Notes under the pieces: generated by a model
Database searches by the model: none
What the model saw: the letters and a program-made list of their open reading frames with translations, nothing else
Told to the model about the DNA's origin: nothing
Shown: positions 56,925 through 64,000 of the stretch, piece by piece
Layout of the letters: each line of letters opens with the position of its first letter
How positions within the stretch are numbered: position 1 is the first letter of the stretch
Translations under genes and position numbers: made by a program
From: a virus
Virus record (IMG/VR): IMGVR_UViG_3300032242_003148
Location: 64,001 to 128,000 of that record
Length of the DNA: 64,000 nucleotides
Reading direction: 5' to 3' (one strand)

Positions 56925-59912
56925 TTAAGATATGTCAACATTATCTCCTATGTCCAGCTTTCCTGCCATAAAATCAGCAACTACTTGAGAGTCACTAGAG
57001 TAATGTATTGGTTTGTTGTGTTTATCCTCATAGCTAGCGGCAAACAATCCTACAGCTGCTTCGTTTGAAGGTGTATAGATAGGGCTGAACGTTCTGTGAT
57101 AAATAAGGTTTTTCTCCGGGAATAGCTTTTCTTTGACTTCCTCTTTAGCTGCATCACCGGCAGGTACTTGAACATTGAGCTGGTCTCCGTCGGAGTCTGC
57201 ACCATATCCTTTGAATACCAATGGGTTTAATTTAATAGAGAAGTCTTTGGGGTCAGGATTAGCCCTTAAGTAAAACCCTTGGAAGTTATATTTAGACAAC
57301 TGGGGATCACGAGTAACAATACCAGGACGATCTTTTAGCTCCTCTTGCAGGGCTAATGACGCTAGTGGGTGTTTGCTCTTAACATAGTCTCTGGCTTTGG
57401 TGGCGGGTACCCCTTGTCTCACTAGTCTGCGAATAATAAACGGAGTATAGATATTCCATAGAATAGTCTGAGGAATAGCTGCCTCATTCAACTGCAGATT
57501 TCCATCTGGTACAAGTACACCTCTTCCTACAAGATCAATTGGCTTGTTAACTACTTTGGCCTGGAACATAGAGCTCTTTGCGCTACCCCCTTGTGTGCCT
57601 AGCGTTGTGGCGAGCAGACCTTTGAAATGCTTTTCTTTGCTTCTTGTGCTGATTGGTTCGCCTAACCCATAGATGGCTCTAACTCCCTCGTATAACTTTT
57701 TACGAGCTTCACCTTTTAGCTCTTCAGGAGTGTGTTCGTCTATGCCTTTGAACGACCTGTTCACCAACATGAGATCTTTATATAATTCATTAACATCCGC
57801 GCTCATGATCTGATTACCCTGTGCGGTAATTGGTCGGTATTGCGCAGGTATAACAGGAACTTTAGATAGCAATAAATCTTTGGGGTGAAGATTCTCCCTC
57901 TTTAGCATTGTTAGGAAAGCTAATACTTTAACTGCAGAGTCTCTATCTGTTTTTCTGTTAGATTTAATATACCCTTTTAGCTCTGCTATCTTGTCATCTA
58001 ACTTAATACCTTTGAGTGCTTTTTCTAATTCGCCGTTAGATAACATTTCCTCAAACTTAGCTTTTGTTGTGCCTAATAGTTTACGCAACGGCTCTTCACT
58101 AATAGGATTAGGTACTTTCATTGCTAGCTCTATGTGATTGTAGTTATCTCCGTAAATACCTACATTAACAGGGTCAAAAAGCCCGCTATTCTCTGCAACT
58201 AATTCTCCGTTCTTAAGCTTGTATGTGAGCGGTTCATGAATTTCGCCGTGACTAAGCATCTCTATATCTTTGTCTGTTTGAGGAAGAATATTAAACTTTG
58301 TGCCCTCTTGATTAACATGCACACCAGATCCCTCTAGGTGAGAAATAAACTTATTAAATATAAACGGAACTTTCGGAGGTGGCGGAGTATAACCTAGCTT
58401 GATTGCGTTCCAGAATTCATCGTTCTTTGTGCTTCTAACCACAGCCACATCTTTTAAAACTTCCTTGGCGTCATTAGACAGAGCTACCGTGGTTGCAAGG
58501 TTTCCTAAGCGCTTGCTCTTTTCAACAGTGCCGGCCTTAGAGGGCTGCATGTTAATATCGTATGTAGTACCTGCGGATCTAGATGATATTTTGTCTTCTG
58601 CAATGTGATGTAATCTTGTGTAATATGACGGACCTGTGAAAACTTCTATGTGCTTGCCAGAGATAGGATCATAGAGTTTTTCGGTATCTTTGATCCCGTG
58701 TTTTTCTAATTCTTTGATTGTGTTCTCTACAACACTACCATTTGCAAAAGGAGTAGTTTTAATGTTGTGACCTAACTTCTGAGCAACTTTGCCCATAGCC
58801 ATTGTGGTGATAAGTCCAGGAGCAACGCGGCTAGTAACACTCATAGAGTTGAGCAGCACATCAATAGGTTTACCATCTTCTCCTTGAGGCATCTCGCTAT
58901 TGCTAACAATTCTAACCACACCTTTTGCGCCGAAAGGGTTAGAGAGTTTATCTCCCTGGGCCATTGTTCTTCTTGTCTTAATTGTAACAGTAATAAGTTT
59001 ACTAGTATGACTAACATCCACTACTTCACCATCATGCTCGTATTCCCAAGTATGTGTGATATCTGAGTAAGCATTTTTAAGTGCTCTAGAAAGTTTACCC
59101 AGTTGAATTTCTAATGACTTTAGCGTTTTAGGTTGATACGCAAGAATCAACGGATCTCCATGGCTAACAATGCTGCCTCTTTTAATTGTTCCAGAACTAT
59201 CTAACTTACTAAGCTGGTCGTTGAAATATTTGTTTGGGAACAATGAAACATATTTGTCTTTGTCTGTTTCTATTCCTCTAGCAATTTCTAATCTAACAGG
59301 CACAAGTTGCTCTGCTTCTAATTTTTGAGCGGCTGCTTCGCTAATAACAAGAGCATCTTCGAAATTATAAGAGCGATATGGCATCACGGCGGTTTTAAGA
59401 TTCATACCTAGTGCCATATTGCCATGAGCGTCAGAATAATTAGATGTGGCTAATAATCCCTCTTTTTTAACAGTGTCTCCTACTTTAACTGTAGGAATAT
59501 GATGCATATAACTTTCACGTCCCACCAGATAATGTTGATATAGTGGGTGCTCGTGGTCTTTACCAGAACTATCCTTAACCACAATCTTGTCAGGATCTAC
59601 CTTGGTTACTTTTCCATCTGAAAAACTGTGAAGGCTAACTAGTTTATGTCCGAACTCCTCTATAAAGCTCTTGTGATCCTGGCTCTCGCTAGACTGAACT
59701 AATGGAGCTTCTCTGTTAACCAGAGTCATAGCCTGAAGTGAGCTCTTATCACCGATTAATACACGGGCACCTGATACACTACTCAGGCTGGGAATAAGAT
59801 TAGTAACAGGGGAGAAGAAATCCGTGGTGCTCGGAATCTTATAATCTACTTTGGTTGACTTAGGGACTTTTTTGAGTTTTCCGTGGTCCAACACGAATTT
59901 GTACTCTTTCAT
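56925..59912 (-). CDS. Phage RNA polymerase subunit: beta C-terminal half fused to beta' N-terminal (catalytic) half
   Basis: RpoB motifs (QAM.L...EAPLV, YNFEDA.VISE, GDKL...GAKGVV, MP...DG.PID..LN, LHH..EDKI.SRS), then RpoC motifs (GLFDP, HIELA, VPVIP..YRP, K.ID..GRGV.VPD, RDPQL, GADSDGDQ). Confidence 0.93.
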   Translation of the reverse strand: MKEYKFVLDHGKLKKVPKSTKVDYKIPSTTDFFSPVTNLIPSLSSVSGARVLIGDKSSLQAMTLVNREAPLVQSSESQDHKSFIEEFGHKLVSLHSFSDGKVTKVDPDKIVVKDSSGKDHEHPLYQHYLVGRESYMHHIPTVKVGDTVKKEGLLATSNYSDAHGNMALGMNLKTAVMPYRSYNFEDALVISEAAAQKLEAEQLVPVRLEIARGIETDKDKYVSLFPNKYFNDQLSKLDSSGTIKRGSIVSHGDPLILAYQPKTLKSLEIQLGKLSRALKNAYSDITHTWEYEHDGEVVDVSHTSKLITVTIKTRRTMAQGDKLSNPFGAKGVVRIVSNSEMPQGEDGKPIDVLLNSMSVTSRVAPGLITTMAMGKVAQKLGHNIKTTPFANGSVVENTIKELEKHGIKDTEKLYDPISGKHIEVFTGPSYYTRLHHIAEDKISSRSAGTTYDINMQPSKAGTVEKSKRLGNLATTVALSNDAKEVLKDVAVVRSTKNDEFWNAIKLGYTPPPPKVPFIFNKFISHLEGSGVHVNQEGTKFNILPQTDKDIEMLSHGEIHEPLTYKLKNGELVAENSGLFDPVNVGIYGDNYNHIELAMKVPNPISEEPLRKLLGTTKAKFEEMLSNGELEKALKGIKLDDKIAELKGYIKSNRKTDRDSAVKVLAFLTMLKRENLHPKDLLLSKVPVIPAQYRPITAQGNQIMSADVNELYKDLMLVNRSFKGIDEHTPEELKGEARKKLYEGVRAIYGLGEPISTRSKEKHFKGLLATTLGTQGGSAKSSMFQAKVVNKPIDLVGRGVLVPDGNLQLNEAAIPQTILWNIYTPFIIRRLVRQGVPATKARDYVKSKHPLASLALQEELKDRPGIVTRDPQLSKYNFQGFYLRANPDPKDFSIKLNPLVFKGYGADSDGDQLNVQVPAGDAAKEEVKEKLFPEKNLIYHRTFSPIYTPSNEAAVGLFAASYEDKHNKPIHYSSDSQVVADFMAGKLDIGDNVDIS

Positions 59913-59965
59913 CCAAACATTCTAGCACAGCCCTATTAAAAGGCTACTGATTTGTTATTACTTGT

Positions 59966-60397
59966 TTAATAGCTTATCTTGCCGCCCTTGAAATTAGGGT
60001 CTGGAACATAAGTATTATTAAGGTGCTGATTGTTTTGATGTCTGCTTTCAGCCAGGGAAGGACCACTAAAGAGATCAAGGCCTGTATTATGGGCGGCGCT
60101 ATTTAACATACCACCAACGTTAGTCTTAAAGTTTTGAAAACCAGTTCCGATAGCGTTACCAATATTATGTGCTGTGTTACCGAGTGCGTGACCCGCAGCC
60201 CCAATACCATTACCCACAGATTGCAGGCCTTTAGTTATGGTGTCGTCTTCACCTAAGGGCAAGTGGTTGTACTTGGATGCTGATATTTCTGAATTTAAGG
60301 GAATTGTGGCCTGCTTTAAAATCTCGATAGCTTCATTCTTGCTAACTCCATAGTCAGCTGCTCTTTTTAGGAATCCATTAATAAATGCTTCGTTCAT
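59966..60397 (-). CDS. Leader-family protein
   Basis: MNEAFINGFLKRAADYGVS...ILKQA followed by Gly/Asn-rich cargo. Confidence 0.8.
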   Translation of the reverse strand: MNEAFINGFLKRAADYGVSKNEAIEILKQATIPLNSEISASKYNHLPLGEDDTITKGLQSVGNGIGAAGHALGNTAHNIGNAIGTGFQNFKTNVGGMLNSAAHNTGLDLFSGPSLAESRHQNNQHLNNTYVPDPNFKGGKISY

Positions 60398-60756
60398 AAG
60401 TTTTTCTTTTTTTCTTCTTCTGTTTTTCGTTTCTGCTTTCTTTTTTCTCCAAGGTTTTCTCTAAGCACGTGATCAGCTTTATACTTACGACCAATGTGAT
60501 AACCGGTATATCCGGGAATAAGGAGCCCCTTACCAAGTCCATAAGGTGTGCGGTGTACTTCTTCAGCCTCATCTTCATCCATGTCATTATATCTACCAAT
60601 AAGTGCACCTATAGCAGAAGGAACTCCAAGATTACCAATATCATACATAGGTCCAATGATGGCCTGCTTCTCTAAAATCTCGATAGCTTCAGCTTCGCTA
60701 ACTCCATAGTCAGCTGCTCTTTTTACAAATCCATTAATAAATGCTTGTTCGCTCAT
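60394..60756 (-). CDS. Leader-family protein
   Basis: MSEQAFINGFVKRAADYGVS...LEKQA followed by hydrophobic cargo. Confidence 0.8.
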   Translation of the reverse strand: MSEQAFINGFVKRAADYGVSEAEAIEILEKQAIIGPMYDIGNLGVPSAIGALIGRYNDMDEDEAEEVHRTPYGLGKGLLIPGYTGYHIGRKYKADHVLRENLGEKRKQKRKTEEEKKKNL

Positions 60757-60830
60757 ATAGTTATTTGTTATTTCTGCTTTAGTACGTCTTCGTTCATATA
60801 GTTATTTCTATACCCTGCTCAGTGCTTTAT

Positions 60831-61304
60831 CTAGGGAGTGATATCTGTATTATGGGCGGCACTATTTAAAGCACCGCCGACATTATCGTTACGCTTTTGA
60901 AAATAATCTCCAACAGTGTTACCAATATTACGTGCTTTGTCAGCAACAAAGTTATTAATTTCACGCCCTACGGCTGGTATGGCGTGTGATGTGCCAGCTA
61001 AAGTGGCGCCTGCGCCCCACAGGGCTGGAATACCGGTGTTGCGGATTGATTGACCGACCGACGGTGGCGTCAATCCGCTAGTTAAAGGGCTAGCAACTCC
61101 ACGTTCAGCACCTAGACCAGCACGAAGGCTAGCGCCAAGGCCAGGGAATGCTTTGTTTGCTATGTTACCCACTCTACCTAAACCGCCTAATATAGGACCG
61201 ATGGGGGCTGCGGACTTTTCATTCAAAATACTAATTGCTTCATTCTCACTAACTCCATAGTCCGCTGCTCTTTTTAAGAATCCGTTTATAAAGGCTTCGT
61301 TCAT
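60831..61304 (-). CDS. Leader-family protein
   Basis: MNEAFINGFLKRAADYGVS...NEKSA followed by Gly/Ala-rich cargo. Confidence 0.8.
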   Translation of the reverse strand: MNEAFINGFLKRAADYGVSENEAISILNEKSAAPIGPILGGLGRVGNIANKAFPGLGASLRAGLGAERGVASPLTSGLTPPSVGQSIRNTGIPALWGAGATLAGTSHAIPAVGREINNFVADKARNIGNTVGDYFQKRNDNVGGALNSAAHNTDITP

Positions 61305-61335
61305 AAGTTTTAAGTTTTAAGTTTTTCTGATTTTA

Positions 61336-61662
61336 TTAACTTTCCCCCTCTTCGTCAAGATTTTCTGGATTATCAACAAATCTCAAACCACATCTCCAGA
61401 GCACATGGGCAAGGTCATCGCTAATCTCGTCCACCACATCATTGTCCAACTCCCAAATAGCGCAATGTATTAGTTCATCTAATAGGGTAGCCAACATCTC
61501 CTTTGGTGTTTGGTTAGGGTCAACAACTACACTCTTACCCTTTGTTGCAGGGTTGTCTGTTCTGCCCCTATTCTGAGTTTCAGTTATCAGATTAGGGGTT
61601 AATGAAAATTTATACCTCCTACCTCTCACGGTAATAGAGTGAATGTTCTCTAGCTGCTTCAT
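61336..61662 (-). CDS. Zincin-like (ImmA/IrrE-type) small metallopeptidase homolog with DExxH
   Basis: G.TD...K..VVDP.....EMLATLLDELIHC...(E)..VD.I pattern. Confidence 0.55.
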   Translation of the reverse strand: MKQLENIHSITVRGRRYKFSLTPNLITETQNRGRTDNPATKGKSVVVDPNQTPKEMLATLLDELIHCAIWELDNDVVDEISDDLAHVLWRCGLRFVDNPENLDEEGES

Positions 61663-61773
61663 AATGTATTCTCAGCCTAGAATACTAAAATCAAAGGTGG
61701 AAAGGAAGCGGGATTTGTATGGGGCTGCCTATATCATTAGATATAACGTCATTCATCACCAGATATTACCCCA

Positions 61774-63207
61774 TTGACATACACAAATCCCACAGCTAGA
61801 TTCCCATTCATGATTCTCTTACCCGAACACCCATTAAGAAGAGCTAACACCCAATACAAGCCTCCTGTTCCATCCATAGAACTAATAGAGCATTGGCTAG
61901 AGAACGAATGGAACCAGATAATGGATAGGCCGGTAGCTAACCGTGTTGTGAGGGACAAACTAGACATAGACATCACAAGCATATGGGATATCAGAGCCCA
62001 TTGGGGAGTTCTCACTGCAGAAGAAGCCATTAAGATTACTAGGGTACTAGAGAAAGAAACCTCTGGTGTGGGTGCGTCAGGTAACGAGGGATTCATTTAT
62101 TATCCAGGCTGGGGTATGAAGCGTAAACATGAATTCTCTCGATGGTGCTCTATTACTGCACTACTAGGTGAGAATTGGGACTCTCGTGGTTGCCTACTAA
62201 ACAGCATGCTCTCATACACCAAAGGAGTTAGTGGCTTGAACATTAAAAACAGAATTTTAAACCCATATACTACTCGTGTGGAAACTAAAAATTGGTTAAC
62301 CGCCAGAGAGAAGAGCATAAACAAGTTATTCAAGAGAGGCCTAGTTGCTCGTACATTTGTTATTCATGAGAATGATTGCTTTGTGCCATCCTTTGGGGAA
62401 GATTGGGTAGACGTTGTGAGGGACGGCTTCAAGCTAACCAGAAAAAGACTAATGGCTCTAAAGAGATCTGGTGTGATAGAGGACTACATGTACAGCCATG
62501 AATCTAGCTGCACCTCTATAGAATCCAGACTTATACATCCACATACCCACGTTATCTTCTGGGCAGGCAAGAACTGGAGTGAGTCTGCTATGAGAATTGC
62601 TCTAAAGCTAAACAAAGAACTCACCATGGGCTATCATGATGACGAGAGGACTCTTATCTCCTGGAGGTCTCAAAGCGAGGACTTTAAGAACTACGTGGGC
62701 TATATCAATGGTGTGTATGACTTCGGAAATAGGCTCTCTAAGGAATGGACAAAAGAGAAGAGTCGTGAGTTGAACATAGCTACTCGTGAGCTGGCTAGTG
62801 GTGTGAACTACTTATTCTTGAAAATACACAAAACCGGCTGTGGTGGTCTAAAGAAGAATACCGGCTTGCAAAAGAGCAAAGGAGAGTTTAAAATCGATCA
62901 AACTAAATCTTGCGAAGAAGAAATAATTTATGAACAAACAAGCACTCTCAGAGGGAATAATGTGGGAATTGGGCAGGAACAACATATCCAAGGAAGCCTC
63001 TCTAGGAATACTAGATACACTGATGTCAACGGAGAGCGTGGTTTTATCTCTAGAGAAGAAAGCTCAACTAATACGCAGAGTAGAGGAGGAGAGCCTAGAG
63101 TTCAGAAGGGGACTAAAAGAGGCCATGCTAGAGAGGGGAGTGGACGAGGATGTAGTAGACGGCTTTCTAAAGCAGGGAGAGGTAGAGTTCGAGAACATCA
63201 TGAATAG
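61774..63207 (+). CDS. HUH-endonuclease (rolling-circle Rep-like) protein; start uncertain (TTG 61774 or ATG 61810)
   Basis: YMYSHE...IHPHTHVIFW (motif II context) and downstream YVGY tyrosines. Confidence 0.55.
   Translation: MTYTNPTARFPFMILLPEHPLRRANTQYKPPVPSIELIEHWLENEWNQIMDRPVANRVVRDKLDIDITSIWDIRAHWGVLTAEEAIKITRVLEKETSGVGASGNEGFIYYPGWGMKRKHEFSRWCSITALLGENWDSRGCLLNSMLSYTKGVSGLNIKNRILNPYTTRVETKNWLTAREKSINKLFKRGLVARTFVIHENDCFVPSFGEDWVDVVRDGFKLTRKRLMALKRSGVIEDYMYSHESSCTSIESRLIHPHTHVIFWAGKNWSESAMRIALKLNKELTMGYHDDERTLISWRSQSEDFKNYVGYINGVYDFGNRLSKEWTKEKSRELNIATRELASGVNYLFLKIHKTGCGGLKKNTGLQKSKGEFKIDQTKSCEEEIIYEQTSTLRGNNVGIGQEQHIQGSLSRNTRYTDVNGERGFISREESSTNTQSRGGEPRVQKGTKRGHAREGSGRGCSRRLSKAGRGRVREHHE
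62866..62894 (+). promoter_or_regulatory. Promoter TTGCAA-N17-TAAAAT
   Basis: 35 nt before ATG 62930; same hexamers as the sheath promoter. Confidence 0.65.
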
Positions 63208-63964
63208 CCTGCTAGAGAAGAACGCAGGGGGATTTGGCAGCATTCTTGAGGGTGGAGCAAACCTATTCAAAGGGATAAAAAATTTAGGTGGTGAAGTAGG
63301 AAATACCTGGAGAGAGGCAGGAGATGGTGGCGGAATGTGGCAGGGCATTAAAAATATATTTCATGGTAGAGAGGGCAGTGGACCAGGTTCTTCTGGGGCT
63401 AGAATTACTCCTGAGCCAGGAGCAGCATCCAGCGTAGCTGGCAGCTCAGCAAAAACTCAAGCAGGGGTTACAAATCCCGGATTTATGGGTCCTGGTTTCT
63501 GGGGGCGTAGGTTCGGTAAAGGGGGTAAAGGAGCTCTCTATGGTGGAGCAATAGGAAGTTTTGTTCCTGGCGTGGGCACAATAGGCGGAGCAGCCCTAGG
63601 AGGAGCAGCGGGATTATTAGGCAGGGCAGGACTAGCAGGTGTAGGAGCAACGACCTTAGGTGGTGGAGCACTATTAGGGCATAGCATGCTTGGTGGGGAT
63701 AGCGACAAATATGGTTTAGAGCCATGGAAGCAAAATAATCTTATTCCCGGAATATCCAATAATATGCTAGGCACAGGGGCTGGAGCAATAGGTGCACTTA
63801 TGTTGAGCAAAGAATTAGGTCTACCTCTGGGCAACGCTATACCTCTTCTGCTGGGTGGATATCTTGGGCACAAATATCTTCCAGGTATTATGGGAGGCAA
63901 CAATCCACTTTCCCAGTATGGTTATGGCTGGAGCAGGGATGCAGCGCCTTCTCAACTCCAATAA
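62930..63964 (+). CDS. Leader-type protein with long glycine-zipper cargo
   Basis: Acidic N-terminal third ending LLEKNA, then GALYGGAIGS.VPGVGT.GGAALGGAAG arrays. Confidence 0.75.
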   Translation: MNKQALSEGIMWELGRNNISKEASLGILDTLMSTESVVLSLEKKAQLIRRVEEESLEFRRGLKEAMLERGVDEDVVDGFLKQGEVEFENIMNSLLEKNAGGFGSILEGGANLFKGIKNLGGEVGNTWREAGDGGGMWQGIKNIFHGREGSGPGSSGARITPEPGAASSVAGSSAKTQAGVTNPGFMGPGFWGRRFGKGGKGALYGGAIGSFVPGVGTIGGAALGGAAGLLGRAGLAGVGATTLGGGALLGHSMLGGDSDKYGLEPWKQNNLIPGISNNMLGTGAGAIGALMLSKELGLPLGNAIPLLLGGYLGHKYLPGIMGGNNPLSQYGYGWSRDAAPSQLQ

Positions 63965-63965
63965 A

Positions 63966-64000
63966 ATGAATTTAGACTTGGCTGCTTTTAGCTTAGGGTT
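63966..64000 (+). CDS. Partial ORF, probably another leader-family protein
   Basis: MNLDLAAFSLG... begins 1 nt after the previous stop; truncated by the window edge. Confidence 0.45.
   Translation, partial: MNLDLAAFSLG

Larger units (their letters stand above)
60310..61304 (-). repeat. Three ~85-bp near-identical leader-coding repeats (~60310-60397, ~60660-60750, ~61220-61304)
   Basis: Shared + strand text ctaactccatagtc(a/c)gctgctcttttta ... aatcc(a/g)tt.ataaa.gctt. Confidence 0.85.

Noticed and set aside
53897-59912. Inteins or introns in the RNAP genes; host rpoB/rpoC
   Set aside because: No intein termini or unexplained insertions seen; the split, fusion and divergence exclude ordinary host genes.
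4288-60675. Many + strand ORFs inside long minus-strand genes (e.g. 22621-23169, 27791-28312)
   Set aside because: Antisense shadows of real genes, with no motifs or initiation signals.
60310-61304. CRISPR array or DGR template/variable repeats
   Set aside because: The repeats are in-frame coding leaders at irregular spacing; there is no reverse transcriptase or cas gene in the window.
1-64000. Stop-codon reassignment
   Set aside because: Genes are full-length and tightly packed in the standard code; TAA, TAG and TGA all end genes.

Overview
64 kb, gene-dense, AT-rich segment of a large tailed (myovirus-type, probably jumbo) bacteriophage. Nearly all genes are on the minus strand. Read in transcription direction (right to left) it contains: a family of small proteins sharing an N-terminal F-x-x-G-F-x-K-x-A-x-[DE]-x-G leader; two genes for a split multisubunit RNA polymerase (a beta-C/beta'-N fusion with an atypical GADSDGD catalytic loop, and a beta'-C subunit); a head module (K-x-A-rich core/scaffold proteins, prohead protease, decoration protein, major capsid protein); neck, tail sheath and tail tube; spike; a tail chaperone pair with a -1 frameshift site; tape measure; hub; a sigma-70-family gene; baseplate wedges; and five paralogous fibre/baseplate proteins, including a 1897-aa Ig-repeat fibre. 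The left end is an RNA locus: a tmRNA gene with a 31-codon tag, split in its T-loop by a group I intron carrying an antisense LAGLIDADG endonuclease, plus a ~720-nt unexplained structured non-coding region. Best candidates for undescribed biology: (i) a modular 'leader / K-x-A cleavage / Gly-rich cargo' capsid-loading system, (ii) the structured non-coding region, (iii) the divergent split RNAP. All protein calls come from motif recognition and gene order only; no database searches were run.
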